Origin: a bacterium
Lineage (GTDB): Bacteria > Verrucomicrobiota > Kiritimatiellia > CAIKKV01 > CAITUY01
DNA length: 64,000 nucleotides
Direction: 5' to 3'
NCBI GenBank assembly: GCA_037128595.1
Contig: JBAXWB010000008.1
Location: forward strand, 5,889 to 69,888
Shown here: positions 51,971-63,465 of the stretch, in pieces
How the letters are laid out: every line of letters starts with the position of its first letter
Numbering within the stretch: the first letter of the stretch is position 1
The notes under the pieces: model-generated
The model's input: the letters and a program-made list of their open reading frames with translations, nothing else
Database searches by the model: none
Told to the model about the DNA's origin: nothing
Made by a program: the position numbers and the translations under genes

Positions 51971-52396
51971 CTAACGAATTACCTCGATTCCCATGCTGCG
52001 AGCCGTCCCCTCAATCATGCGGGCGGCGTGGTTTTCGTCTGTCGCATTCAGATCGTTCATCTTCTGGCGCGCAATTTCCAGCACCTGCTGGGGCGTCACC
52101 TTGCCAACTTTATCGCGGTTCGGTTGGGCTGAACCCTTGGCCAATCCCGCAGACCGTTTCAACAAAGATGAGGCGGGCGGGCTCTTCGTGATAAACGTGA
52201 ACGAGCGATCCTGGTACACGGTAATAATTACCGGAATCACCAAGCCCGCGCTATTCTGCGTGGCCGCGTTAAATTCTTTGCAAAACTGCATGATATTCAC
52301 CCCGTGCTGGCCGAGTGCCGGCCCAACTGGGGGTGCCGGATTCGCCTGCCCGGCGGGAATCTGCAGCTTGATTTTTCCTGTTACTTTCTTTGCCAT
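51971..52396 (-). CDS. rplK: 50S ribosomal protein L11 (start trimmed to MAKKV)
   Basis: [36 protein letters not shown]…. Confidence 0.9.
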   Translation of the reverse strand: MAKKVTGKIKLQIPAGQANPAPPVGPALGQHGVNIMQFCKEFNAATQNSAGLVIPVIITVYQDRSFTFITKSPPASSLLKRSAGLAKGSAQPNRDKVGKVTPQQVLEIARQKMNDLNATDENHAARMIEGTARSMGIEVIR

Positions 52397-52444
52397 ATCT
52401 TTTCCTCGACATCTGATCCGCGGGTTTCCCGCCAATCCGTTGGC

Positions 52445-52996
52445 TTACTGCCGTTCAACCTGCCAGTACTCCAGTTCCACGGGAGCCGTGCGACCAAAAA
52501 TCGCAACCGACACCTTAAGCTTCCCGCGATCCGCATCCACTTCATCCACCGTCCCTGTGAAATTCATGAAGGGGCCATCCGTAATCTTGACCGTTTCACC
52601 GATGTCATAGATCACTTTCGGCTTGACCTTCTCTTTTTTCTCTTCCACCTGGAACAGCAACCGCTCCACTTCATCCGGCCGTAGAGGCGCCGGCCGATCT
52701 CCACCCACAAACCCGATCACCCCGGGGGTTTCCCGGATAAAGTACCAAACGGTCTCGATCACCTTGCGGTCATCCCCGTAGAGCGACATGCTCACGAGCA
52801 CATAACCGGGAAAGAACTTCCGGGTAATGACGCTTTTGACCCCTTTTTTGGTCTCAGACACTTTTTCCGTGGGGATCAGCACCTGATCCACATAGCCGCG
52901 CATCTCTTCCTTGTCCAGGCGGCGCTCAATGCTTTCCTTGACCTTCGCCTCCTGGCCAGTCAACGTATGCAGAACAAACCATTGTTTTTCACTCAT
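52445..52996 (-). CDS. nusG: Transcription termination/antitermination factor NusG (start trimmed to MSEKQWF)
   Basis: [38 protein letters not shown]. In the canonical secE-nusG-rplK position. Confidence 0.85.
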   Translation of the reverse strand: MSEKQWFVLHTLTGQEAKVKESIERRLDKEEMRGYVDQVLIPTEKVSETKKGVKSVITRKFFPGYVLVSMSLYGDDRKVIETVWYFIRETPGVIGFVGGDRPAPLRPDEVERLLFQVEEKKEKVKPKVIYDIGETVKITDGPFMNFTGTVDEVDADRGKLKVSVAIFGRTAPVELEYWQVERQ

Positions 52997-53019
52997 GAAA
53001 ACCCCGGACTTGCTATAAG

Positions 53020-53226
53020 TTAGTGACGCGCCAGCAGGCCGATCGCCTGCCTCAGGACCACGTCGCAAAGACCCACGAACACGGCAAACAATACCACCGA
53101 CAAGATCACCACCACCGTGGACTCGATCAATTCCCCGCGCGTCGGCCACGTGGATTTACGCAGCTCATTCTTCACGTCGGCAAGAAAGAACTTCGTCTTC
53201 TGAAAGCTGTCGGCTATTTTGCTCAC
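53020..53226 (-). CDS. secE: Preprotein translocase subunit SecE (GTG start; the longer ORF would overlap tRNA-Trp)
   Basis: Single C-terminal TM segment VVVILSVVLFAVFVGLCDVVL. A GGAG sequence lies 7 nt upstream of the GTG at 53224-53226. In the canonical position. Confidence 0.6.
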   Translation of the reverse strand: MSKIADSFQKTKFFLADVKNELRKSTWPTRGELIESTVVVILSVVLFAVFVGLCDVVLRQAIGLLARH

Positions 53227-53246
53227 AAGATTACTCCGCGCTGATT

Positions 53247-53323
53247 TGGCAGGCCAGGAGGGCATCGAACCCCCAACCTCCGGTTTTGGAGACCGGCGCT
53301 CTGCCAATTGAGCTACTGGCCTG
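53247..53323 (-). tRNA. tRNA-Trp (anticodon CCA)
   Basis: Minus-strand sequence AGGCCAGTAGCTCAATTGGCAGAGCGCCGGTCTCCAAAACCGGAGGTTGGGGGTTCGATGCCCTCCTGGCCTGCCA. Cloverleaf with CUCCAAA anticodon loop, GTTCGAT T-loop and encoded CCA. Confidence 0.85.
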
Positions 53324-53337
53324 TATCAGGCTAACCC

Positions 53338-53490
53338 TTAACGGGTCTCCTTATGCACCGTATGTTTCTTCTCGAAACGACAATACTTCTTAATCTCCAT
53401 ACGATCCGGAGTAAGCCGCTTGTTCTTCGTAGTGGTATAATTCCGCCGCTTGCACTCGGTGCAAGCGAGAGTGACCAGTTCCCTCGGCAT
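53338..53490 (-). CDS. rpmG: 50S ribosomal protein L33 (50 aa; not in the ORF track)
   Basis: Manual translation: [50 protein letters not shown]. Confidence 0.8.
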   Translation of the reverse strand: MPRELVTLACTECKRRNYTTTKNKRLTPDRMEIKKYCRFEKKHTVHKETR

Positions 53491-53562
53491 TTCAAACCAT
53501 CCTTATGGGCACGGGCGGCGAACCGCCCGGCCACCATTGTCCGACCGCAGCCGGACGATTAA

Positions 53563-54771
53563 TTATTGCAGAATTTCAGACACGGTACCGGCACCCACCG
53601 TACGCCCACCCTCGCGGATAGCGAAGCGCATGGATTTCTCCATGGCGATCGGCGCAATCAACGTCACCGTCATGCTGATATTATCACCCGGCATCACCAT
53701 TTCCACGCCGTCAGGCAGGGTAATGTCGCCCGTTACATCCGTTGTGCGGAAGTAGAACTGAGGGCGATAGCCCTTGAAGAACGGCGTATGACGACCCCCT
53801 TCTTCCTTGCTCAGCACATACACTTCGCACTTGAAGGTCGTATGAGGAGTGATGGAACCCGGCTTCGCCAACACCTGGCCGCGTTCGACATCTTCCTTCT
53901 TGGTGCTGCGGAGCAGGCAACCGACGTTATCGCCCGCCTGGCCCTGATCCAACAGCTTGCGGAACATCTCCACACCGGTGACGGTCGTCTTCACCGTCGG
54001 CTTCAGCCCGACGATCTCGACGTCTTCACCCACCTTGATGATCCCGCGCTCGATACGGCCGGTCACCACGGTGCCACGACCTTCGATGGAGAACACATCT
54101 TCAATTGAAAGCAGAAACGCCTGATCGATGACGCGGACGGGTTCCGGAATGAAGGTATCCAGCGCATTGATCAATTCCTTGATGCAATTGCAACCGGGAT
54201 CATCGGCGGTGGTCGCCTTGATGGCCCCCAGGGCGCTCCCGCGGATAATCGGGGTATCGTCACCGGGATAGTCGTACTTGCTCAGCAATTCGCGAATCTC
54301 GAGCTCGACAAGGTCCAACAGCTCGGGATCATCCACCGTGTCCACCTTGTTCAGGAACACGACCACTTTCGGCACACCGACCTGACGGGCAAGCAAGATG
54401 TGCTCGCGGGTCTGAGGCATCGGACCGTCCGACGCGCTGACCACCAGGATGGCGCCATCCATCTGCGCCGCACCCGTGATCATGTTCTTGACATAGTCCG
54501 CATGCCCCGGACAGTCGACGTGGGCATAATGCCGGGCGTCAGAACTGTACTCGACGTGCGAGGTGGCAATGGTCAAAATTTTGGTGGGATCGCGACGACC
54601 CTGGGATTCCGAGGCCTTGGCAACCTGGTCATACTTGATATACGTGCTCAGCCCGCGCAGGGACTGCACATAAGTAAGGGCCGCCGTCAGTGTGGTCTTG
54701 CCATGGTCAACGTGCCCGATCGTACCTACATTCACATGCGGCTTGGTTCTGCTAAATGTTTCTTTCGCCAT
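53563..54771 (-). CDS. tuf: Elongation factor Tu
   Basis: [32 protein letters not shown]…, 402 aa. Confidence 0.95.
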   Translation of the reverse strand: MAKETFSRTKPHVNVGTIGHVDHGKTTLTAALTYVQSLRGLSTYIKYDQVAKASESQGRRDPTKILTIATSHVEYSSDARHYAHVDCPGHADYVKNMITGAAQMDGAILVVSASDGPMPQTREHILLARQVGVPKVVVFLNKVDTVDDPELLDLVELEIRELLSKYDYPGDDTPIIRGSALGAIKATTADDPGCNCIKELINALDTFIPEPVRVIDQAFLLSIEDVFSIEGRGTVVTGRIERGIIKVGEDVEIVGLKPTVKTTVTGVEMFRKLLDQGQAGDNVGCLLRSTKKEDVERGQVLAKPGSITPHTTFKCEVYVLSKEEGGRHTPFFKGYRPQFYFRTTDVTGDITLPDGVEMVMPGDNISMTVTLIAPIAMEKSMRFAIREGGRTVGAGTVSEILQ

Positions 54772-54840
54772 AGTCGTACTCCTAATTTATTCTCTTTTTC
54801 AGTTCCACTTTGACCAGCCAATCCGGTCATACTAAAATCA

Positions 54841-54916
54841 TGGAGCCCACGAGCGGGATCGAACCGCTGACCTCGTCCTTACCAAGGACGTGCTCTACCA
54901 ACTGAGCTACGGGGGC
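54841..54916 (-). tRNA. tRNA-Thr (anticodon GGU)
   Basis: Minus-strand sequence GCCCCCGTAGCTCAGTTGGTAGAGCACGTCCTTGGTAAGGACGAGGTCAGCGGTTCGATCCCGCTCGTGGGCTCCA. CUUGGUAAG anticodon loop. One acceptor-stem mismatch. Confidence 0.8.
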
Positions 54917-55144
54917 CTCGCGATTATTCCCTTTTAGCTTCCAACAAACACAAAAAGACGACTTCCTGTTGCCTTCATCAAATCCGACAACGGGAAATTC
55001 GCTCCCTGCCACGTTATTCACGTTCAACTTATGGACTCATTCACCCAAAAACAGACCGCAGACGCTACCATAAGCCGGATTTCTGTCAACAGGATAATTT
55101 TCTTTTTTAATTTTTTAGATTTTAGCCGGCGTCGCCCTTCGTCA

Positions 55145-56746
55145 TTAACCAGGCCTCACCTCGACGGGCCGGGTAATGGTGGTGAAGTACATTTCGCCAC
55201 TTTCCGCATTCCGGATATCGAAATCCTCCACATGCCGTCCGGGATCTGCCCGGAAGCTCAAATAGCCCGCAAACTTGCTTTCCAGATTCATGAGGATCGC
55301 CTCATCCTCCTTGCGGAGCCGTTCCAGCACTGTGGGATGGACCACAATCTGCAGCTTCCGGTTCTGCCCGGCATCCTTGAACCGGCGCATCAGCGCCACG
55401 ATCTGCCGCTGGATCTCCACACTCATGGAGAGCGGGGACTTGACGCTTCCCTTCCCCTTGCAGTAGGGGCAATCCACAAACATCGAGGAGAGGACGCCTT
55501 CATCCACGCGTTGCCGCGTCATCTCGAGCAAGCCGAGATGCGAAATCTGCAGGACATTGGTTTTGGCCTTATCGCGGTGCAGGGCGTCCTTGATCGTCTT
55601 GTACACGGCATTCCGGTTCTTTTTCTGCTTCATGTCGATGAAGTCGACCACAATCAACCCGCCGACATTGCGCAGCCGGAGCTGACGGGCCACTTCCTCG
55701 GCCGCCTCGGTATTGACCTCAAAGATCACATCCTCCTGCGTCTGGGCCCCCTTGTGCCGGCCGGTATTCACGTCCACCGAGATCAAGGCCTCGGTTTCCT
55801 CAAAGATAATGTAACCGCCGGACTTCAGCATCACCTTGCGGGCAAAGGCGTTCTCCAGCTGGCGTTCAATGTTGAAGTGGTCGAAAATCGGGGCCGCCCC
55901 CTCGTACTGCTGGATACGGGACCGGACGCGACGCGAGATCTTCGAAGCCAGATCCTTGATCTTCTCCACCTTGACCGGATCATCCACCACAATGCGGTCA
56001 ATGTCCTCCGTCAACCAATCACGCACCACGCGCTCCACCAGATCCAGTTCTTCGTACAGGCAGCAAGGCGCAGGCGTCTCCTTGATGCCGCGGCTGATCT
56101 CTCCCCACACATCCACCATCGCCCGCATGTCGCGGACAAAACTACGCTGCTGGGCGCCCATGCCCGCGGTACGGATAATCATCCCGACCCCCTCCGGCGA
56201 GGGCAGGCGGGCCAGCACCTTTTTCAGGCGCAGCCGCTCTTTTTCATCCTCAATCTTCCGCGAGACCCCCTTCAGGTTGCTCCCGGGCAGCATCACCAGA
56301 TACCGGCCCGGAATGCTCAGATTGGCCGTCACGCGCGGGCCCTTGGTACTGATCGGCCCCTTGGTGACTTGAACCACAATTTCCGACCCGATCGGGAACA
56401 TGCGCGCGATTTCCGCGCTCGTGTGCCGCTTTTTCTTGGTCATGTTGCGGATCGTAATGTCTTCCGCCGCCTCCAACCGGGCGGCATCCTCGGGGATCAT
56501 GTCCCAATAATGCAGGAAGGCATTTTTCTTGAGACCAATGTCCACAAAGGCGGCCTGCAGGCCGTCTTCAAGGTTTTTGATCACCCCCTTGTAGATCCCG
56601 CCCACAATGCGCTCCTCGCTGGGGTGCTCCACCTGGAACTCCTCCAGTTTCCCGTTCTCAAGCACCGCCACGCGGGTCTCAAGACTCTCGGCATTAATCA
56701 CAATTTCGCGCTTAAAACTCTTTCTTCCAAACTTAAATCCAAACAT
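55145..56746 (-). CDS. rng: Ribonuclease E/G family endoribonuclease (Rng/CafA-like)
   Basis: S1 domain near the N-terminus (…GGIYKGVIKNLEDGLQAAFVDIG…). Catalytic DNase-I-like region, RNase E/G collinear. The start is uncertain (MFGFKF…). Confidence 0.8.
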   Translation of the reverse strand: MFGFKFGRKSFKREIVINAESLETRVAVLENGKLEEFQVEHPSEERIVGGIYKGVIKNLEDGLQAAFVDIGLKKNAFLHYWDMIPEDAARLEAAEDITIRNMTKKKRHTSAEIARMFPIGSEIVVQVTKGPISTKGPRVTANLSIPGRYLVMLPGSNLKGVSRKIEDEKERLRLKKVLARLPSPEGVGMIIRTAGMGAQQRSFVRDMRAMVDVWGEISRGIKETPAPCCLYEELDLVERVVRDWLTEDIDRIVVDDPVKVEKIKDLASKISRRVRSRIQQYEGAAPIFDHFNIERQLENAFARKVMLKSGGYIIFEETEALISVDVNTGRHKGAQTQEDVIFEVNTEAAEEVARQLRLRNVGGLIVVDFIDMKQKKNRNAVYKTIKDALHRDKAKTNVLQISHLGLLEMTRQRVDEGVLSSMFVDCPYCKGKGSVKSPLSMSVEIQRQIVALMRRFKDAGQNRKLQIVVHPTVLERLRKEDEAILMNLESKFAGYLSFRADPGRHVEDFDIRNAESGEMYFTTITRPVEVRPG

Positions 56747-56771
56747 CCCACACATCCTTTCCTGACAACGG

Positions 56772-57950
56772 TCACGTTCCCGGCCGCCGCACATACACAC
56801 TTTGTATCAAACCTAAAGCAAACAGCGTAATCACCATAAATGTTCCACCGTAGCTGACCAGCGGCAGGGGGATCCCCACCACCGGCAGCACCCCGATCGT
56901 CATCGCCATATTAATAAATGCATGGGTGAACACCATCATGACAATCCCCACACACAATACCCGCCCCATCTTATCACGCGCCACCATGGCCGCGTATAAG
57001 CCGCAGAGCACCAGTCCTCCATACAGCGTCAGCACTCCCAGTGCCCCTATAAACCCCAGCTCCTCCGTAATCACGGAAAAAATAAAATCCGTGGGCGCCA
57101 CCGTACGCGGCAGGAACCCGAGGATATTCTGCGTTCCCCCCAAAAACCCTTTACCCGTGAGGCCACCCGACCCCACAGCAATTTCCGACTGGCGTTTATT
57201 CCATCCGCTCCCCATCGGGTCCTTACCGGGCTGAAGAAACACCTCAATCCGGTCACGCTGATAGTCGCTCAGCCGGATGGCATTGAAGAACTGCTCCTGA
57301 TGCTCCGGCGACATTCCCATCTTTTCGGGCAACGCCACCGCGGCCAGCACCAACAGCACCGCCACCACGCCGCTCACCCCCATGACCACCAGCGGTTTGA
57401 TGCGGGTCCCCGCGACAAACATCATCGCCACCAGCACCGGCAGATAGACCAGGGCGCTTCCCAGGTCAGGCTCTTTCATGACCAGCGCCATGGGAATTCC
57501 CGCCAGCAGGAACAGCCGCCACAGAGGGGGAAGCCGGGCAAACTTCTCCGCCGCCGGACTCAGCAGGCAGGCGCTCAGCGTGATCACCGCTAACTTGCCG
57601 ATCTCGGACGGCTGCACCCCCACCCCCATAAACATCAGCCAGCGCCGGGCCCCATAGATGCGAGTCCCGAAAAAGAGCACCGCCACCAGCAGCACTACCG
57701 CCACGATATAAAAAAGCCACGAGACATCCCGTAACCGGCGGTAGTCGAACAGCGTGGTGCCAAAATAACACACCAGCCCCGCCAAGGCCCATTTGATCTG
57801 TTTGGCATACAAATCCACAGTGGCATCCTCACGCATCAGGGTGGCACTATAGATGAAGCAGACTCCCACCGAGATCAACCCGATAATCATCAGGAGCATG
57901 ACCCAGTTCATGCGGCGCAGCAGTTTAAGGTGTGAGGCCAGCGCACTCAT
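56772..57950 (-). CDS. mrdB: Peptidoglycan glycosyltransferase RodA (SEDS family)
   Basis: 392-aa polytopic FtsW/RodA/SpoVE-family protein downstream of PBP2. Confidence 0.85.
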   Translation of the reverse strand: MSALASHLKLLRRMNWVMLLMIIGLISVGVCFIYSATLMREDATVDLYAKQIKWALAGLVCYFGTTLFDYRRLRDVSWLFYIVAVVLLVAVLFFGTRIYGARRWLMFMGVGVQPSEIGKLAVITLSACLLSPAAEKFARLPPLWRLFLLAGIPMALVMKEPDLGSALVYLPVLVAMMFVAGTRIKPLVVMGVSGVVAVLLVLAAVALPEKMGMSPEHQEQFFNAIRLSDYQRDRIEVFLQPGKDPMGSGWNKRQSEIAVGSGGLTGKGFLGGTQNILGFLPRTVAPTDFIFSVITEELGFIGALGVLTLYGGLVLCGLYAAMVARDKMGRVLCVGIVMMVFTHAFINMAMTIGVLPVVGIPLPLVSYGGTFMVITLFALGLIQSVYVRRPGT

Positions 57951-59773
57951 CCCTCCCCCTCCCCTGAACCTTCAGACACCTTGAATATCCCCATCATGAG
58001 GTCATGCAGACGTGGCCCCACCGTAAACCCGCCCGACACGGCATCATCCACCACCATGGCCACGGCATAACGCGGCTTGTCATAGGGGGCAAACAAAATC
58101 ATCCACCCGTGCTTCTTCCGGTCTTCTTTCTCCCCGTACTCCGCAGTCCCCGTCTTGCCCGCCATCTCAATGCCCGGGATGCTGGCCCGCTTCCCGGTCC
58201 CGGTGGGAGCCATCACGACATCATGCATGCCTCTCCGCACCAGTTGCATGGTCTCAGGGGCAATGGGCAGATGCCGCACCTGGGTCACCGGATAATTGGT
58301 CAAGGTATTCCCCGCCACATCGGTCAGGCCCAATACCAGCCGTGGCCGGAACACATCCCCGCCATTGGCCAGGGTGGCGGCCACCACCGCCATCTGCAAC
58401 GGGGTCACCGCGAGCGCGCCCTGTCCGATCGAGAAATTACAGGTATCGCCATTCCGCCAGTCATCGTGCCAGTATTTCTGTTTCCATTCCGGGGTCGGCA
58501 CAATCCCGGCCGCCTCCCGATCGAGCTCGATTCCCGTCTTCTCACCCAAACCGAACAATTTTGCCAGGTCGGAGATCGCCTCATTCCCGCATTTCAGGCC
58601 AATGGTGATGAAATAGGTGTTACAGGACTGTTCAATCCCCCGCCTCAGATCAACCACCCCGTGTCCATTGGGATTCCAGCATTTCATAGCCTTATTCCCG
58701 ACCATAAAGTAACCCGGACAGGTCACGGTGGTTGCCGCCGAGACGGACTCGCTATTCAAGGCCGCCAGGGCTGTTACCGGCTTGAATATGCTGCCGGGGG
58801 CATACACTTCTGCCACCGCCTTATTCAGCATGGGCTTGGCCGGATCGTTATTGAGCTGCTCCCAGAGCGCCTTCGGGAAGACCGGCATCAGCTGGTTGGG
58901 GTTAAATGACGGAGAGCTGGCCAACGCCAGTACATCCCCATTCGAGGGATCCAACACTACGACCGCCCCGGGGACATCCCGAATCGCCGCTTCCGCCAGG
59001 CCCTGAATCCGGGAATCAATCGCCAGAATCAGATTGGCCCCCGGGGCGGCGACCTTATCCGTCCGCTCCGCACGTTTCAGGCCAGAGGCATCAATGCGCA
59101 CCAATTGCTCCCCGGGTTCCCCCAGCATCATTTTATTGAACTGACGCTCGAGACCCATTTTTCCATCCATTTCGGGAAGATAATATTGGAAGCCATCCAT
59201 ATCCGCGGCGGAAAAGTCCGTTTTCCCCACATATCCCAGCAAATGGGCGGCCGATTCCCCCTTCGGATACACCCGGTTGGGCTCCACATAAATATCGACC
59301 CCCTTCATATCCACCGATGACTCCGCCAGTCGCGCCAAGGCGGCGGGATCGAGGCTCCGCCAGGCCACCAGCGGCAGCGGGAGCCGGCGCCGGATATGGG
59401 TCCAGATATCCTCCTCGGTGATGATGGCTTTCCGCCCCATCAGCCCCTTCAGCTCCCCGATCCGGCGCTGCACCTCTGTCACGGTGTTTTTCCAGCGTCC
59501 CGGCTGGCGCAGATCTTCCAGATTGAAGGCCAGGCAGTAGCAGGGCTGGTTATCAGCCAGGCACACCTGATTCCGGTCAAAAATCCGCCCACGCGGGGCC
59601 GGAAGCCGGATCCGCCTTACACTTTGCTTGTGCAGGCTTGCCTCAAACTCAGGCCGTCGGGATACCTGAAGGTCAAACAGCATCGCGGCCAGCAGGAGCA
59701 GCAGACCCAGCATGATGAGCAGCACCATCCTGATGCGTTTCACCTCTAACAGTATGGTTTCCCCTGCGTCCAT
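57947..59773 (-). CDS. mrdA: Penicillin-binding protein 2 (class B transpeptidase)
   Basis: 608 aa. N-terminal TM, dimerisation domain, transpeptidase SxxK/SxN/KTG-like motifs (…GSIFKPV…KTGTA…). Confidence 0.85.
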   Translation of the reverse strand: MDAGETILLEVKRIRMVLLIMLGLLLLLAAMLFDLQVSRRPEFEASLHKQSVRRIRLPAPRGRIFDRNQVCLADNQPCYCLAFNLEDLRQPGRWKNTVTEVQRRIGELKGLMGRKAIITEEDIWTHIRRRLPLPLVAWRSLDPAALARLAESSVDMKGVDIYVEPNRVYPKGESAAHLLGYVGKTDFSAADMDGFQYYLPEMDGKMGLERQFNKMMLGEPGEQLVRIDASGLKRAERTDKVAAPGANLILAIDSRIQGLAEAAIRDVPGAVVVLDPSNGDVLALASSPSFNPNQLMPVFPKALWEQLNNDPAKPMLNKAVAEVYAPGSIFKPVTALAALNSESVSAATTVTCPGYFMVGNKAMKCWNPNGHGVVDLRRGIEQSCNTYFITIGLKCGNEAISDLAKLFGLGEKTGIELDREAAGIVPTPEWKQKYWHDDWRNGDTCNFSIGQGALAVTPLQMAVVAATLANGGDVFRPRLVLGLTDVAGNTLTNYPVTQVRHLPIAPETMQLVRRGMHDVVMAPTGTGKRASIPGIEMAGKTGTAEYGEKEDRKKHGWMILFAPYDKPRYAVAMVVDDAVSGGFTVGPRLHDLMMGIFKVSEGSGEGEG

Positions 59774-60280
59774 TTACCGCTCCCCCACATAGGTCAGGCC
59801 CACGTGACGCTCAAGCATCGCGGCCGACCACCACACCAAGGGGGCAACCCCAAGTCCCAGCAGCGCAGTGCCGCCCATTTTGAGGGCGACCCACCACACC
59901 GGGATGGCATCCGCAAGAGAGTTAAGGCTCAACATCAAATACAACCCCAGTGTCGTCAGGGCGCCCAGGCTGGCCCCCAATATGGCCACCGTAAACAAAC
60001 TATCCCCGAACAGTTTCTCGCGTGTCTCCGCCAGAAACACCCCGAATATCACAAAACAAAGCGAGGAATAGCCCACCGGCAGCAGACTCATCGAATCCTG
60101 AATAATCCCGGCCAGGATGGCGGCGGTCACCGCCGTCCCGCGGGGATGGGCCAGGGCATAATAGAGCGCCACGGCCATCAGGAAGGGCGGCTTGGAAAGC
60201 CCCAACCAGGCCGATGCAGGGATCAGGCTCTGCAAGAGCCCGCCTACCAGCAATAAAAAAATCATGATTGCAGCTGTCAT
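59774..60280 (-). CDS. mreD: Rod shape-determining protein MreD
   Basis: 168-aa polytopic membrane protein between mreC and mrdA. Confidence 0.7.
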   Translation of the reverse strand: MTAAIMIFLLLVGGLLQSLIPASAWLGLSKPPFLMAVALYYALAHPRGTAVTAAILAGIIQDSMSLLPVGYSSLCFVIFGVFLAETREKLFGDSLFTVAILGASLGALTTLGLYLMLSLNSLADAIPVWWVALKMGGTALLGLGVAPLVWWSAAMLERHVGLTYVGER

Positions 60281-60290
60281 CTCAATAATC

Positions 60291-61127
60291 TCACGGTCCC
60301 GTCACCACTAACACCCGCTGGAGCCGGGCGAGGTCAGCGGCCGGCTCGACCTCCGCCACTTGGAAAAGCCCGGTGTCATCCAGCCGGACCCCGACCACCC
60401 GCCCAACGACCAGGCCGGCAGGAAACACCCCCCCGAACCCCGACGACACCACCATTTCCCCTGCCTTTATTTCCAGATCTTTCCGGATGTAATCCACCCG
60501 GGCCGGGCTCGGCATACACAGCACCCCGAAACGGTGTTCGCCCCTCAGGGAAATCCCGCCCCCCTGAAGAATCCCGAATGACCCATCCTGCTCAAACCGC
60601 ACGGACACCTTGAAGGAGCGATCCGAAATCAACAGGACGTCGCAGGTGTGGCCATTCACCTCAATGATGCGCCCGACCAGACCCTCCGGAGTGATCACCG
60701 GCATATCCGCCGCAAGGCCCTCGTTCCGCCCCTTGTCGAGGCGGATGGTCTGCCACCAGCCATACCCGTCATCACGGGCGATCACCTCACAGGCCACCGT
60801 CCGCAGGTTCGATTGCTTTTTGAAGCCGGTCAGGGTACGTAATTCCCCGTTTTCACGCATGACACCATCCAGTCCGCGGAGCTGAGCCCTCAGCACGCCC
60901 ACCTCCTTGGCCAACTGGTCGCGCTCTTGTATCACCTCACTGATATTGCCGACCGCGGAGGAGGTCTGGTGAACGCGCGACACAAAGCGGGTGACCCCGC
61001 CCTGATAGGTGGCCATGCTTCCACGAAAGAAGCCCCGCAATGAAGACGACACGGACGACGGCAGGTTCAGGAGAACCAGGAAAAAGGTCGCCAGCACCAC
61101 TCCTAAAACAAATGTACGATCCCTCAC
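60291..61127 (-). CDS. mreC: Rod shape-determining protein MreC
   Basis: N-terminal TM, coiled coil (…ERDQLAKEVGVLRAQLRGL…), C-terminal beta domains (…VVSSGFGGVFPAGLVVGRVV…). Confidence 0.85.
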   Translation of the reverse strand: MRDRTFVLGVVLATFFLVLLNLPSSVSSSLRGFFRGSMATYQGGVTRFVSRVHQTSSAVGNISEVIQERDQLAKEVGVLRAQLRGLDGVMRENGELRTLTGFKKQSNLRTVACEVIARDDGYGWWQTIRLDKGRNEGLAADMPVITPEGLVGRIIEVNGHTCDVLLISDRSFKVSVRFEQDGSFGILQGGGISLRGEHRFGVLCMPSPARVDYIRKDLEIKAGEMVVSSGFGGVFPAGLVVGRVVGVRLDDTGLFQVAEVEPAADLARLQRVLVVTGP

Positions 61128-61212
61128 GTCAAAAAACCCCTCATCCCATCACCCCTCGGGGTGTGTTTAAACCTGAACCAGCATTGGACGAGAAGAGTCG
61201 TTCGAGAGAAGA

Positions 61213-62259
<1,047 letters not shown>

Positions 62260-62474
62260 TTATTCCAACACGTCATCCTGAAGCCTTTTAAGACAACATT
62301 TGGTGAGTAATCTGCGGAAATCAACCCGCCCCGTCAAGCAGTAAACCATTTGCGGATCAACATTAAGTGACCAATCAGTCCTCGGCCACCAAAACAGGCC
62401 AATCCGTAGCCCGTTCATACACATAATCTTAAAACCCGCTACTACACCAGGAAAAGGGAAAATTAAGGTTAAAA

Positions 62475-63398
62475 TCAGGAAGGGGCTTGCATCGCCACCA
62501 CGAGCGCAGAGAGGTCCTGCAACCGGTCGCCTAGACTGGCGGGTTGCAGTGTGCACAACCGGCGGGCGTGGGGGTGAGCCTCCAGGTCAAACCGTGCGCG
62601 AACGAGATCCAGCCAGGAGGCCCCGATATGCCGGGCGAGACTGCCAAGCAGAATCACGTCAGGAAACAGGGTGTCGGCCAGATTGGCGCAAACCTGACCG
62701 GTCGCTTCGGCATGAATGCGAATCACCTCCTGAGCCCCAAGGTCACCTTTTGCGGCCCGCTCGACCACTTCCTTCGGGGAAAACGTCTGCCCCAGCTTCC
62801 ACTGGGCCAACAGACCCAATCCCATCCCTGAACAGTACGCCTCATTGCTTCCCACTTTGCCGAACGCCTCCGGACCATCAGGCGCAAACCGCGCGTGCCC
62901 AATTTCAATGGAGTGTCCGCCAGCTCCCCTGTAAATCTTGCCATCAATAATGATCCCCGCGCCGAAACCGGTACCACAGGTGAGATAGATCAGGCTGTGG
63001 CAGCCCCGCCAGCCACCCCAGGTATATTCGGCCAGCGCACAGGCCGCAGCGTCATGCGCGACATACACCGGGATCCCAAGCGCCTGTTCCAGGCGTGCCT
63101 TCAAGGGCACCTTATCCCACCCCGGTAGGTGCGGTGGGGACAACACAATGCCGTTGAGCGCATCCAGCGGCCCACCGATTGAGACCCCCACCGAGGTGAC
63201 GGCCGGGGCACTTTTCGCATACGCCAGAAAATCGGCGAGCATTGCCTCCGGCCCCCGCTCAACCCGTGACGGCCATTCGTGACGCTCCAGAACCTCACCT
63301 GCGGCATTACCGAGCACTCCCGCGCACTTGGTCCCCCCCACATCGAATCCCAGGAAAAGTTCGCGGGAACGTTCCGCCTTGTATCCTTCTAGGCTCAT
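62475..63398 (-). CDS. ROK-family sugar kinase (glucokinase/N-acetylglucosamine kinase-like)
   Basis: LGFDVGGTKCAGVLG ATP-binding motif. ROK signature Cys/His cluster (…CTCGTGFGAG…). Confidence 0.75.
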   Translation of the reverse strand: MSLEGYKAERSRELFLGFDVGGTKCAGVLGNAAGEVLERHEWPSRVERGPEAMLADFLAYAKSAPAVTSVGVSIGGPLDALNGIVLSPPHLPGWDKVPLKARLEQALGIPVYVAHDAAACALAEYTWGGWRGCHSLIYLTCGTGFGAGIIIDGKIYRGAGGHSIEIGHARFAPDGPEAFGKVGSNEAYCSGMGLGLLAQWKLGQTFSPKEVVERAAKGDLGAQEVIRIHAEATGQVCANLADTLFPDVILLGSLARHIGASWLDLVRARFDLEAHPHARRLCTLQPASLGDRLQDLSALVVAMQAPS

Positions 63399-63465
63399 CC
63401 TTCAAAATCCTCCCAAAATAGTGCGGCCGGCTTCATCGGTCGTGATGTTCATCGGATAGCCCCCT

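Noticed and set aside
54827-55027. 66-aa minus-strand ORF
   Set aside because: It overlaps the tRNA-Thr gene, and its sequence is tRNA-derived.
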